This document shows, piece by piece, positions 10,104-19,975 of a stretch of 64,000 bases of DNA. The DNA lies in the NCBI GenBank assembly GCA_963741955.1, contig CAVUKB010000001.1, forward strand, positions 96,001 through 160,000, given 5' to 3'. The translations under genes were made by a program, and so were the position numbers. Source of the DNA: an uncultured Acidobacteriota bacterium (GTDB taxonomy: Bacteria > Acidobacteriota > Thermoanaerobaculia > Gp7-AA8). Numbering within the stretch: position 1 is the stretch's first letter; each line of letters begins with the position of its first letter. A model generated the notes under the pieces. That model ran no database searches. It was not told the DNA's origin and saw only the letters and a program-made list of their open reading frames with translations.

Positions 10104-10300
10104 GCTCTTCACCACCTTTCATGCCGTACGGGACCTCACGGTCGCGCCTACTTGGCAAATCCCGCCGGATCGTGCCGGCGAAAACTGACTGCGAAAACGT
10201 TTGACCGTCCGGCGGAGCGAGAGCTGTTCGTTCGTGACGACCACGCTCACTTCATCCGGACTCTCAGTGAACCTTTTCATGATCAGTGTGATTGAACACA

Positions 10301-10329
10301 AATATGGGATGCGTCAAATATATTGTCAA
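10301..10329 (-). promoter_or_regulatory. Sigma70-type promoter
   Basis: TTGACA-17 nt-CATATT on the minus strand in an AT-rich patch. Confidence 0.65.
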
Positions 10330-10394
10330 GAGATTTCTACGAAAAATCGAGATGCTTTTTCGAGTCGATCGGAAGGGATCTCTCCGCGTCTCCC

Positions 10395-11480
10395 TCACCG
10401 TCTCCCGCGAAGGAGATCGCGGTAGATCGCGAGCGTCGTCTCCGCGCACTGCGACCAGGTGAATCTCCTCGCCTCCACGATCCCCCGTGCCGCGAGGCGC
10501 GCCCGAAGAGTCGCGTCTTCGCCCGCCTTCACCATCGCTTCGGCGATCTCCTCGACCGAGGCCGGGTCGAAGACGAGTGATGCATCGCCCGCCACTTCCT
10601 CCAGCGCCGGTTCTCGCGCGATGAGCACCGCTGTTCCCGACGCCATCGCCTCGGCGACTGGGAGTCCGAACCCTTCGTGGAGACTCGGCTGCACGAGGGC
10701 GATCGCCCCGCGGTAGAGCGCGGCGAGGTCTCCTTCCGGAACGAAGCCCGCCGTCCGCACATGCCCGGATGCGAAGCGCTCCATCGGCGCACCCGCGAGC
10801 ACGAGGTCCCATCCTCGCTCCGCACCGAGCCGCCGGAACGCCTCGACCAGCCGCTCCACGTTCTTGTGCGGCTTGTCGTTGCCGACGAAGAGGAAGTAGC
10901 GCCCGGCCTTCGTCCCGTACCTGCGCGCGGTCTCCTCGATCTCCTCCGGAGTCAGGGAACGGCGGAACGTCTCGTCGATGCCGTTCGGCGTCACGGCGAT
11001 CTTTCCTCGAGATGCCGGGAAGTGCGATTCGATGTCCCGCCGGACTGCGTCCGTCACGGTGAGGATCCGTCGCGCACGCCTGACGGCGCGGCCGATCATG
11101 AACCGCGCGTAGAGCGGCGCGAGCGGCCCGCGTGCTTCTCTCCCGCTCCGGAGGTGAATCAGATCGTGGATGGTGACCACCAGAGGGAGATCGGTGAGGG
11201 GGACGACGTAGTGCGGCGCGTGGAAGAGATCGAGCTTCGCCTTCGCGGCCTTCCGCCCCAGCACCACCGGCTCGCGGAACGAGTAGCCGGGAGTGCTCTC
11301 TTCGATCACGTCGATCCGCGGCGAGGGAGGGATGAGTGATGTCGCTTCAGCGGGCGCAAAGAGGACGAACCGTTCCTCTCCTTCCGTCGCGATCAGCGCG
11401 CTCACCAGACCCCGAACGTAGGTTCCGATCCCGAAGTCGGCGATCTTGCGACAATCGATACCGATCCGGACCCCCATCAT
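10395..11480 (-). CDS. Glycosyltransferase family 4
   Basis: VTIHDL, KPHKN and EGFGLPVAEAMASG motifs; start overlaps the upstream stop (ATGA). Confidence 0.9.
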   Translation of the reverse strand: MMGVRIGIDCRKIADFGIGTYVRGLVSALIATEGEERFVLFAPAEATSLIPPSPRIDVIEESTPGYSFREPVVLGRKAAKAKLDLFHAPHYVVPLTDLPLVVTIHDLIHLRSGREARGPLAPLYARFMIGRAVRRARRILTVTDAVRRDIESHFPASRGKIAVTPNGIDETFRRSLTPEEIEETARRYGTKAGRYFLFVGNDKPHKNVERLVEAFRRLGAERGWDLVLAGAPMERFASGHVRTAGFVPEGDLAALYRGAIALVQPSLHEGFGLPVAEAMASGTAVLIAREPALEEVAGDASLVFDPASVEEIAEAMVKAGEDATLRARLAARGIVEARRFTWSQCAETTLAIYRDLLRGRR

Positions 11481-12562
11481 CTCTCCCCTTCCCGATTCGC
11501 GGCGGCTCGGATCAGTTCCCGCATTCTCGACGCGCTCGCGTCCCACGAGAAGAGCGCGGCGCGCTCGATCCCGCGCTGCAGCAGCTCGTCGCGAAGCGTC
11601 GGTTCTTCCAGCACCCGACGCATCGCGCGCCGCAATCCTTCGACGTCGCCCGGCTCGATCAGCTCTGCGGCATCGCCGAGAACCTCGGGGATCGCTCCGC
11701 CACGAGCCGCCACCACGGCGGTGCCGCACGCCATCGCCTCGAGAGGGGGGAGTCCGAAGCCTTCGAAGCGAGAGGGATAGACGAAGAGGCGCGCGCGTCG
11801 ATAGAGAGCGCGGAGATCCTCGCGCGACACGAACCCGGTCACCATCACTTCGGACGGCGCGTAGCGAGCGAGCTCCCGGCGGATCTGTCGTGTGCCCCAA
11901 CCGGGATCGCCGCAGAGGACGAGCTGCGGCCGCGGGGAGGGGAGCTGTCGCCATGCTGCGAGGAGATCTCCGATTCCTTTTCGCGGTTCGATCGTTCCGG
12001 TGTAGAGGACGAAATCATCGGAGATCCCTTCCGGGAGCGGATCGCCGGTTCCCGGAGAGAAGAACGGATCGACTCCATTGGGAACGATTCCGATCTTCCG
12101 TGCGGGGATTCCGAAGCCGCGCATCACCTCGCCTGCAGTGGTCTGCGAGACGGCTGCGACGGTGATTGCCCGCTCGAGACTCGCCCCGATCAGAAGATTG
12201 AAGGAGAGCACGGTCTTCGTGCGGTGGCGGTGCGCCATGGTGATCGAGGTCAGATCGTGCACCGAGACGACTGCCGGCACGTCGAGCCGCAGAGGAAGGG
12301 TTCCGTGGGGGCCCCACACCACTTCGCACTCGTGACGCCTCACCACCGCGGGGAAGTGAACCTGCTGCCACCACACTCCACGGAACGAGGGGACGACGTC
12401 GAACCGGCACTCCTCCACGCCCCGGCGCTCGGTGATCTCGCGATGCGAAGCGATCAGAGGGGGAGGGGTGAACCCCAGCCGTCCCGCGATCTCGGCGGTG
12501 TGGACTCCGATCCCGGTGCGGTTCCCGACCAGAGGACGTCCGTCGATGGCGAGTCTCACCAT
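11477..12562 (-). CDS. Glycosyltransferase family 4
   Basis: GTIEPRK and EGFGLPPLEAMACG motifs. Confidence 0.9.
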   Translation of the reverse strand: MVRLAIDGRPLVGNRTGIGVHTAEIAGRLGFTPPPLIASHREITERRGVEECRFDVVPSFRGVWWQQVHFPAVVRRHECEVVWGPHGTLPLRLDVPAVVSVHDLTSITMAHRHRTKTVLSFNLLIGASLERAITVAAVSQTTAGEVMRGFGIPARKIGIVPNGVDPFFSPGTGDPLPEGISDDFVLYTGTIEPRKGIGDLLAAWRQLPSPRPQLVLCGDPGWGTRQIRRELARYAPSEVMVTGFVSREDLRALYRRARLFVYPSRFEGFGLPPLEAMACGTAVVAARGGAIPEVLGDAAELIEPGDVEGLRRAMRRVLEEPTLRDELLQRGIERAALFSWDASASRMRELIRAAANREGER

Positions 12563-12563
12563 C

Positions 12564-13865
12564 TCACGACCTCGCCACCCGGATCAGGAGATCCGCGGTT
12601 CGCTTCGCCGCACCGCTCCAGGTGAAGAGTCCGATCCGCTGGCGACCTCTCTCCACGAGTGTCTGCCGCAGCCCCGGATCGTGTTCGATCGACTCGATCG
12701 CTTCGGCGAGCTCCCGCGGCCGCTTCGGATCGAAGTAGAGGGCAGCATCGCCGCCCACTTCCGGCAGAGACGAAGTCCGCGCCGCGATCGACGGCACGCC
12801 GTACGACATCGCCTCGACGAGAGGGAAGCCGAAACCTTCGTAGTGGGAAGGCAGCACGAAGATGCCGGCATTCGCGTAGACCGTTGCGAGCTGCTCCCGC
12901 CGCAGATAGTCGAGATGATGGATCGCGCGGCGCCACCGGCTGTGGGCGATGCGTTCCATCGTTGCCTCCGATTTCCATCCGACCTTCCCGACGATCACCA
13001 GATCGCCGTCATAGCTTCCGCGCTCGCGGAGGAGCTCGAACGCGTCGATCAGTGTGGTGAGGTTCTTCCTCGGCTCGATGGTGCTGACGAAGAGAAGGTA
13101 CTTGCCGGGAAGTCCGGGAACGCCGGCGCCGGGCGGCACCACCGGAGGAATCCCCGAATGGATGGTCACCGCGCGCGCCGGGTCGACGTGGTACAGCTCG
13201 AGGAGGTCGCGCCGGGTCGACTCCGACACGCAGATCACCGCATCGGTGCGGAAAATCTCTGCAGTCATCTGCCGGTCGAGGTTCTCCAGCGTCTCCGCCT
13301 GGAGCATCTCGGGCATGCGCCGGAACGTGAGATCGTGCACCGTCACCACACGCTTTTCCGCCACCGCCGCGAGCGGACGCGGAAGGAAGTAATTTCCTCC
13401 GAAGAAGATCTCGCATCCCTCCAGCCGCGCCAGGATGGGGAATGCTGCCGCGGTCAGCACGGACGTGAGGCGCGAGACGGTTCGTCCCCGGAGATCGAAC
13501 ACGCGGAGAGGACGCCCCGCGGGAAGGGCGACGTGAAGACGTGGCCCCTGATCGAGAAGACGGGGATCGCCGAAGCAGACGATCTCCAGCCGCTCGTCCT
13601 TCACCAGCTCCTGCATCAGATCGTGCAGGTACCATCCGACACCGGTCAGCGGCTCGAAGAAGGGACGGACGTCGATACCGATGCGAACGCGGGTATCCCG
13701 GCGGAGAGCGCGCTGGAGTCTTCGTCGCATCGCGGCCGAGAGTTCGGCGGCGATCACGGCGATCGTATCGCCCGTTCCGAGGAGTTGCGTCACCGGAGAG
13801 GCGGCTCGCCGGGCGAGCGCCAGCAGCGCTCTCCGGATCCGTCCTAGAATACCTCGCACAGTCAC
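12564..13865 (-). CDS. Glycosyltransferase family 4
   Basis: STIEPRKN and EGFGFPLVEAMSYG motifs; start uncertain. Confidence 0.88.
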   Translation of the reverse strand: MTVRGILGRIRRALLALARRAASPVTQLLGTGDTIAVIAAELSAAMRRRLQRALRRDTRVRIGIDVRPFFEPLTGVGWYLHDLMQELVKDERLEIVCFGDPRLLDQGPRLHVALPAGRPLRVFDLRGRTVSRLTSVLTAAAFPILARLEGCEIFFGGNYFLPRPLAAVAEKRVVTVHDLTFRRMPEMLQAETLENLDRQMTAEIFRTDAVICVSESTRRDLLELYHVDPARAVTIHSGIPPVVPPGAGVPGLPGKYLLFVSTIEPRKNLTTLIDAFELLRERGSYDGDLVIVGKVGWKSEATMERIAHSRWRRAIHHLDYLRREQLATVYANAGIFVLPSHYEGFGFPLVEAMSYGVPSIAARTSSLPEVGGDAALYFDPKRPRELAEAIESIEHDPGLRQTLVERGRQRIGLFTWSGAAKRTADLLIRVARS

Positions 13866-13908
13866 GCGGGGATGTTAGCCGAATCGCAGCGGAAACCGGA
13901 GGCAGATC

Positions 13909-15036
13909 GTGAGAAAGCTCGCTCTCTTCGCCATCATCGTGGCGCTGGTCATCGCCGCGTTCGTGGCGTGGCTTCTTCTCCCGTCTTTCGGCGTGCCACA
14001 GCCGCGCGATCTCGGCGCGTCGTCGGATCTGATGGAGCTCGCGGCGCGTCTCCCGCGCGGCTCAGAGGTGATCCTCCTTCCGCGCGCCAGTGTCGACGTC
14101 GCAGCGCTCCAGCGCAATCCGATCTCCCGCTCGCTCCTCGAATCCTTCGGCATGCCGCCCCAGGCGCTCTGGGCGATGCGTATCCTCGGCGATGGTGCAC
14201 TCGCCATCGCACCGCGGAAGGACTCGTTCTCGATTGCGACGCGCACTGGCCCTCTTCGCGGATGGGTTGCATCGGCGCTGATGTCGACGGCGGGCTTCCC
14301 GTTGCGCCGGGAGGGAGGGCTCTGGATCACCGATTCGACCGCGCCTCCTGCTGAGAATGCGGAATCGGATCGCGACGCCATGAGCTCGGCGACGTCAGGT
14401 CTGGTGGGTCACCTATTCGTAGTCGTCTTCCCCTCGTCCCACAACGACGCTCCCTTCGCCGCGAGTGCTCTCCTTCTCGGCAGCACCGTACAGGCCGAGG
14501 GGCGGTGGCTGACGGAACCGGAAGGAGAGACGAACGCGCCGTTCCGCTTCGACCATCCGGCCACCGCTGCGGTCTCGATCGTCAGCAGCCGCACGCCCGA
14601 CCTGCTGCGCCAGGCGGAGCCTCTCATTCCGGAGATCCGGGGAAAGCTCGACGGCGGTTCACTCTTCGCGATCTGGGACGTCGAAACGGGAGGCGCGCTC
14701 CCGCGCCCGGTCGGCGCTCTCGTCTGGGGAAGCTCCTCCGAGCCGCAGTTGCTCGGGTTCGGAGGAGGAGCTCGACGCCTGGAAAATGACCCGAGAATCG
14801 GACCGCGGCTTCCGTCCGGAGAGTGGTCGCTGCAGTTCGATACGACCAGGACGCGACGGGTGATCCATCCGTTCGTCAAATCGCGTCTGGTGCGGATCGT
14901 AGCGTCCCGCTTCCACTCCCGGGTTGAGAGGCTCGACCGCTGGATGGGAAGCCTCCCGCCCGGGAGCAGAGGGTCGGTGGTCGCGGAGCGACAAGGGCGG
15001 CTCGAAGTCTGGCATTTGTGGGTTGAAGCGAAATAG
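13909..15036 (+). CDS. Hypothetical membrane-anchored protein
   Basis: N-terminal TM segment; GGAGG RBS before GTG. Confidence 0.65.
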   Translation: MRKLALFAIIVALVIAAFVAWLLLPSFGVPQPRDLGASSDLMELAARLPRGSEVILLPRASVDVAALQRNPISRSLLESFGMPPQALWAMRILGDGALAIAPRKDSFSIATRTGPLRGWVASALMSTAGFPLRREGGLWITDSTAPPAENAESDRDAMSSATSGLVGHLFVVVFPSSHNDAPFAASALLLGSTVQAEGRWLTEPEGETNAPFRFDHPATAAVSIVSSRTPDLLRQAEPLIPEIRGKLDGGSLFAIWDVETGGALPRPVGALVWGSSSEPQLLGFGGGARRLENDPRIGPRLPSGEWSLQFDTTRTRRVIHPFVKSRLVRIVASRFHSRVERLDRWMGSLPPGSRGSVVAERQGRLEVWHLWVEAK

Positions 15037-15107
15037 TTTCAAAGGCTTACCGGTTAATCCGATTCGCCTCGTCCGGCTTTGTGGCTCGGGGAAGAGGTGC
15101 GTTCGAG

Positions 15108-15662
15108 ATGAGAAAATCAATTCCATTCGATGACGTCGACCAGCTCGGCCCGCAGCATGTGGCCGGGAAGGTGGATGTCACCGCAGAGGAGCTCGATTGC
15201 GAAGAGGTCAGGCGCATCGGCGAGGTGGATGTCGACGTCACGGTACAGAAGGGTGACATCCCCGCCGAGTATCTGGTCGAGGGGAGTGTCCGGTTCGACG
15301 GGGAGTTGAACTGCGCCCGCTGCCTCGGCGGAATGCCGTTTGCCAACGATTCGGGCTTTGCCGTAAGATACCGCCCCCGTTCCTCGGAAGAAGTCCAGGA
15401 AGAGGAGGAGCACGAGATCCACGAAGAGGAGCTCGACGTCGAGTACTACGACGAGCGGGCGGTCTCGATTCACGATCTCGCGGCGGAACAGATTCAACTC
15501 TCGATTCCGATGAAGCCGCTTTGCGACGAGAACTGTCGTGGGCTCTGCCCGCAGTGCGGCGCGGATCTGAACCGAGAGAAGTGTGAATGCAGCACCGAAT
15601 CGACCGACGCGCGGTGGGATGCGCTTCGGGAGATCCGGGAAAAATTGAACGAATCCAAATGA
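15108..15662 (+). CDS. yceD: YceD/DUF177 family protein
   Basis: CARCL and PMKPLCDENCRGLCPQCG..CEC motifs; directly upstream of rpmF. Confidence 0.9.
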   Translation: MRKSIPFDDVDQLGPQHVAGKVDVTAEELDCEEVRRIGEVDVDVTVQKGDIPAEYLVEGSVRFDGELNCARCLGGMPFANDSGFAVRYRPRSSEEVQEEEEHEIHEEELDVEYYDERAVSIHDLAAEQIQLSIPMKPLCDENCRGLCPQCGADLNREKCECSTESTDARWDALREIREKLNESK

Positions 15663-15722
15663 ATTCGAAGCGGTCGATGCCGGCCGCGGAAGAATCCTGA
15701 AAGCCGACCGAGGAGTTTCGTC

Positions 15723-15908
15723 ATGCCGAATCCGAAACGAAGACATTCGAAGGCCCGCACGCGTACCCGACGGGCGCACGATTTCCTGACCCCCAAGTCG
15801 CTCTCGACCTGTCCGAACTGCCAGGAGGCGAAGATGCCTCACCGGGTCTGCCCCAAGTGCGGTTTCTACAAGGGTCGCGAAGTGATCGCCGTCAAGGAGA
15901 TCCTCTAG
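15723..15908 (+). CDS. rpmF: 50S ribosomal protein L32 (Zn-ribbon form)
   Basis: MPNPKRRHSKARTRTRRAH..CPNC..HRVCPKCG. Confidence 0.97.
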   Translation: MPNPKRRHSKARTRTRRAHDFLTPKSLSTCPNCQEAKMPHRVCPKCGFYKGREVIAVKEIL

Positions 15909-16002
15909 CTCGCATTTCTCACAACGTCTCGTCGCGAGGAGGCCGCTCTCCGTTTCCGCAACAGAGATGGTGTGAGAGACGCGGGCTAACCCTCCAGCCG
16001 CC

Positions 16003-17118
16003 ATGACCGATGGCCGGCCTCCATCGAAACGTCCTCATCGAATCGCGGTCGACGCGATGGGGGGTGATCACGCTCCTCGGGAGATCGTGCGCGGAGCCGT
16101 GCTCGCCGCATCCGAGTACCCCGTCAGCATTCTCCTGATCGGCCGCGAAGAAGATGTCCGGCGCGAGCTGGGCGAGATCGAAGGAGCAGTGCCCCCGAAC
16201 ATCGAAGTGGTCGATGCGCGGGAAGTCGTGGAGATGAGCGACACCGCACTCTCGCCGCTCCGCCGCAAGAAGAACTCATCCATCCGGGTCTGCGCGAACT
16301 TCGTCGCCGAAGGCCTGGCCTCTGCGCTGGTGTCGGCGGGAAACACCGGCGCGGCGTGGACCTCCGCACGCATGGTGATGGGGATGATCGAGGGCGTCGA
16401 CCGCCCCGCACTCGCGGCGCTTCTCCCCCGCATCGGCGGCCGGACGGTCATCCTCGACGTCGGCGCCAACGTCGATTCCAAGCCTCGGCATCTCCGGCAG
16501 TTCGCAGTCATGGCCCACTTCTATGCCCAGATGGTTCTCGGGATCGAGCGCCCGAGGATCGGACTGATGTCGATCGGGGAAGAAGAGGGAAAGGGGAACG
16601 AGCTGACCAGGCAGTCGTTCAAGGTCATGCAGGAGGCGGGGCTGAACTTCATCGGCAACGCCGAGGGGCGCGACGTCTACAACGGCAACGCGGACGTGAT
16701 CGTTTGCGACGGTTTCATCGGCAACGTGGTCCTGAAGGCTTCGGAGTCGCTCGCCGAGATGGTCAGCCAGACCTTGAAGGACGAGCTCACCAGGACGCCG
16801 ATCCGGAAGTTGGGCGCCTTTCTCGCGAGGAATGCGTTCAGCGACATGAAGAAACGACTCGACTACTCCGAGACCGGCGGCGCTCCGCTGCTCGGTGTGA
16901 AGGGTGGTTGCGTGATCTGCCACGGCCGATCGAGCTCGAAGGCGATCAAGAACGCGATTCGCGTCGCCGCCGACTTCGTGGAGAACCAGATCGACGAGAA
17001 GATCCGGACCGGGATCAGGGACCTCCACTCGTACGAGCGCGAAGAAGGACTCGGCATCAGCGGCGACAAGAACGCCGAAGCGCCCGACTCCGGAGCGGGA
17101 GATCGGAACGGGCATTGA
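16003..17118 (+). CDS. plsX: Phosphate acyltransferase PlsX
   Basis: IAVDAMGGDHAP, SAGNTGA, LDVGAN, CDGFIGNV and HGRSS motifs. Confidence 0.96.
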   Translation: MTDGRPPSKRPHRIAVDAMGGDHAPREIVRGAVLAASEYPVSILLIGREEDVRRELGEIEGAVPPNIEVVDAREVVEMSDTALSPLRRKKNSSIRVCANFVAEGLASALVSAGNTGAAWTSARMVMGMIEGVDRPALAALLPRIGGRTVILDVGANVDSKPRHLRQFAVMAHFYAQMVLGIERPRIGLMSIGEEEGKGNELTRQSFKVMQEAGLNFIGNAEGRDVYNGNADVIVCDGFIGNVVLKASESLAEMVSQTLKDELTRTPIRKLGAFLARNAFSDMKKRLDYSETGGAPLLGVKGGCVICHGRSSSKAIKNAIRVAADFVENQIDEKIRTGIRDLHSYEREEGLGISGDKNAEAPDSGAGDRNGH

Positions 17119-17231
17119 GCTCGCCGGGGGAGCCTCCCGTGGATCTGCGCTGCGAATTCTGATATCTCTCGCCCTGCATTTTTCGGCGGCTTGCAATCCT
17201 CGATGATGACTGGAAGCGGTGGTATCGAACC

Positions 17232-18170
17232 ATGAGAAGACACGAGATCGCATTCGTCTTCCCCGGGCAGGGGAGTCAGTTCGCAGGGATGGGGAAAGAC
17301 GTCGCCGAACGGTACGAAGAAGCGGCGGCGGTGTTCCGGTCGGTCGACGAAGAGCTCGGGTTCGAGCTCTCGAAACTCTGTTTCGAAGGCCCTGACGATG
17401 CGTTGCGACTGACGGAGAACACGCAGCCGGCCATTCTCACCGTCTCCTCCGCCATTCTCGCGGTGATCCGCAACCGTACCTCTCTCTCTCCCGACATCGT
17501 CGCAGGACACTCGCTCGGCGAATACAGCGCGATCGTCGCCGCCGGAGGCCTGCAGCCACACGAAGCGGCGGCGATCGTCCGCCAGCGCGGGCGATTCATG
17601 CAGGAAGCGGTGCCGGTCGGCGCCGGCGCGATGGCGGCGATCATCGGACCCTCTCTCGACGAGATCCAGTCGATCTGTGACGAGGCGGCCGAAGGCGACG
17701 TCGTCTCTCCGGCGAACGTCAACGCGCCCGGACAGATCGTCATCGCCGGATCGAAGGCGGCCGTCGATCGAGCCATCGCGGTCGCGAAGTCCCGCGGTGT
17801 TCGGCGCGCTCTTCCCCTTCCGGTCTCCGCGCCATTCCATTGCGCGCTGATGAAGCCGGCGGAGGAGCGCCTCCAGCCCGTGCTCGAGCGCGCTCCATTC
17901 CGCGACCTCTCGGTGCCGCTCGTCTCGAACGTCGATGCCAGTCCGATCGGAACCGATCATGCCGTCCGGAACGCGCTGATCCGTCAGGTCGTCTCCCCGG
18001 TCCGCTGGGTGGCTACGATCGAGAAGATGATCGAGATGGGCGTGAAGAAGTTCATCGAGATCGGCCCCGGAAACGTCCTCACCGGTCTGATCAAGCGGAT
18101 CAGTCCGGAGGCGGAGCTGGTCAACGTCAGCGATGTCAAAGGGATCGAAGATCTGATATCGGGTGTCTGA
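17232..18170 (+). CDS. fabD: Malonyl-CoA-ACP transacylase
   Basis: FPGQGSQ, GHSLGEY and SAPFH motifs. Confidence 0.96.
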   Translation: MRRHEIAFVFPGQGSQFAGMGKDVAERYEEAAAVFRSVDEELGFELSKLCFEGPDDALRLTENTQPAILTVSSAILAVIRNRTSLSPDIVAGHSLGEYSAIVAAGGLQPHEAAAIVRQRGRFMQEAVPVGAGAMAAIIGPSLDEIQSICDEAAEGDVVSPANVNAPGQIVIAGSKAAVDRAIAVAKSRGVRRALPLPVSAPFHCALMKPAEERLQPVLERAPFRDLSVPLVSNVDASPIGTDHAVRNALIRQVVSPVRWVATIEKMIEMGVKKFIEIGPGNVLTGLIKRISPEAELVNVSDVKGIEDLISGV

Positions 18171-18173
18171 TTC

Positions 18174-18534
18174 GGGGGTCAGGGGTCAGGGGTCAGGGCG
18201 TATGGGGGTCAGGGGCACAGACTTGAGGAGCGAAGTGATGCGACCGCGCCCGACGAATGCAGAATGCAGAGTTCAGAATTGAGAATTCAGAGTTCAGGCG
18301 CCACCGGCGGCCGATGGCCATCTTTGAGCCAACGAATGGCGAGGGCGAATTCGAAAATCGTCGTCGCGCCCCGAAGGGCAACGGCCGGAGTTTCGCAGCA
18401 GAATGAGTGAAGGGAAGGTCTCCTTTCTCAACTCTGAATTCTGCATTTTGCATTCTGCATTCGCCGTGGACGACCCGATTCGCACGGCGGTGCAGTCACG
18501 AGAAAGCCAGAGTTTGTGCTATGGGGGTCAGGGG
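18174..18534. repeat. Composite repeat: GGGGTCA run, 15-bp direct repeats, inverted heptamer arrays
   Basis: TATGGGGGTCAGGGG at 18201-18215 and 18520-18534; AGAATGC-type array 18254-18297 and its complement 18427-18463. Confidence 0.8.
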
Positions 18535-18594
18535 ATACGTCCGAGTCTTTGAGGCTCGAAGCTTCCGGACACCTGTATCCTGCAATTCGGAGGA

Positions 18595-19341
18595 ATGATG
18601 AAGATCGATCTCTCGGGAAAGAACGCACTCGTGACCGGAGCTTCACGTGGAATCGGAGAAGGGATTGCGCGGCGTCTCGGTGAGACGGGAGCGACGGTGC
18701 TCTGCGCTGCGCGCAAGCGCGAGAGTGTCGAACGGATCGCCGGTGAGATCGAGAGCGGAGGTGGGAAGGCGATTCCGGTCGCCCTCGACATCACCGCGCC
18801 CGATCTCCGGGAACGGGTGAAAGAGATTCTGGAGCAGCACGAGCGCATCGACATCCTGGTGAACAACGCCGGAATCACCGAAGACGATCTATTCATCCGG
18901 ATGAAACCGGAGGCGTGGGACTCGGTGATGCGGACGAATCTCGATTCGATCTTCCATCTGACCCAGGAAGTGGTGAAGAAGATGATCCGTGCACGATGGG
19001 GACGGGTGATCAACATCTCCTCTGTGGTCGGGCTGATGGGCAACGTGGGTCAGGTGAATTACGCGGCATCGAAGGCGGGGATCATCGGCTTCACCAAGGC
19101 GCTCGCGCTCGAGATCGGATCGCGCAACGTCACCGTCAATGCCGTCGCCCCGGGGTACATCGCGACGGCGATGACGGACGCGATGACGGACGAGGCGAAG
19201 GCACGGCTCGAGGAGCGCATCGCTCTGCGGCGTCTCGGCAGCGTCGATGACGTCGCATGGTCGGTCGCGTTCCTCGCCTCGGAGGAAGCAGGCTACATCA
19301 CCGGGACCGTGCTCAACGTCAGTGGCGGTCTTTACACCTGA
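18595..19341 (+). CDS. fabG: 3-oxoacyl-ACP reductase
   Basis: TGASRGIG, NNAGIT and NYAASKAG motifs; follows fabD. Confidence 0.95.
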   Translation: MMKIDLSGKNALVTGASRGIGEGIARRLGETGATVLCAARKRESVERIAGEIESGGGKAIPVALDITAPDLRERVKEILEQHERIDILVNNAGITEDDLFIRMKPEAWDSVMRTNLDSIFHLTQEVVKKMIRARWGRVINISSVVGLMGNVGQVNYAASKAGIIGFTKALALEIGSRNVTVNAVAPGYIATAMTDAMTDEAKARLEERIALRRLGSVDDVAWSVAFLASEEAGYITGTVLNVSGGLYT

Positions 19342-19422
19342 CGAGCGGCAGCGTCGGCCTCCCTCCCCAGGCTGCACTGCGCCGAGCTCTCCATCACGGG
19401 GAGAGGCATCGTGGCTGGGGCG

Positions 19423-19734
19423 TCAGCGTTCGCCGCGGTTCTCAGTCGATCTGGCGATACTCGTCCACGACTGGAAAAGCTCCGGCGAATTGCTCGCCCA
19501 GCGGTCGAGAGCGATCACCAGCAGCTTCTCCTCTCCGGCCTGCCGGATCTCCAGGATCTGGCGGAGCAGTTCGTCGGGTGTGATGCCTTCCTTTCCGGCA
19601 ACCACCGCCCAGGCACATCGCGCAATCCGGGTGAAAGGGCCGATCGTCGAGATCGCCCGTTCGGTTCGGGATTGCCGCTCCTCGTCCATCCCGGTCAGAA
19701 TCACGACGAAACGTCGCGTCGATTTCGATTCCAT
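19423..19734 (-). CDS. Small hypothetical protein, possible ferredoxin-like (Cas2/VapD-like) fold
   Basis: AGAGGGG RBS; beta-alpha-beta-beta-alpha-beta hydrophobic pattern. Confidence 0.5.
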   Translation of the reverse strand: MESKSTRRFVVILTGMDEERQSRTERAISTIGPFTRIARCAWAVVAGKEGITPDELLRQILEIRQAGEEKLLVIALDRWASNSPELFQSWTSIARSTENRGER

Positions 19735-19824
19735 TCGCTGGTTCCCCTCTCGAACTGCAAAGTCCCGTCAGAGGAGTGTCGGAGAGAGCCTGAACCCTAC
19801 CCGGAGCGAAAAATTCGGGCTATG

Positions 19825-19948
19825 GCAGCGAGGCCAGATTCGTTCGGATTTGAGGTGCGTAGCGGTGGCGACTCGCCGAAAATCCGGACGGATTTTGACC
19901 GCTGATCCGCTTTCGCAGCAGGACAGTTTTTACCGCGCAGACTCCTAT
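19825..19948. mobile_element. MITE-A partial copy
   Basis: Matches the right part of 33700-33863 and ends in CGCGCAGACTCCTA. Confidence 0.85.
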
Positions 19949-19975
19949 GCGCGCGCGAAGGGTGTGAAGAAACGG

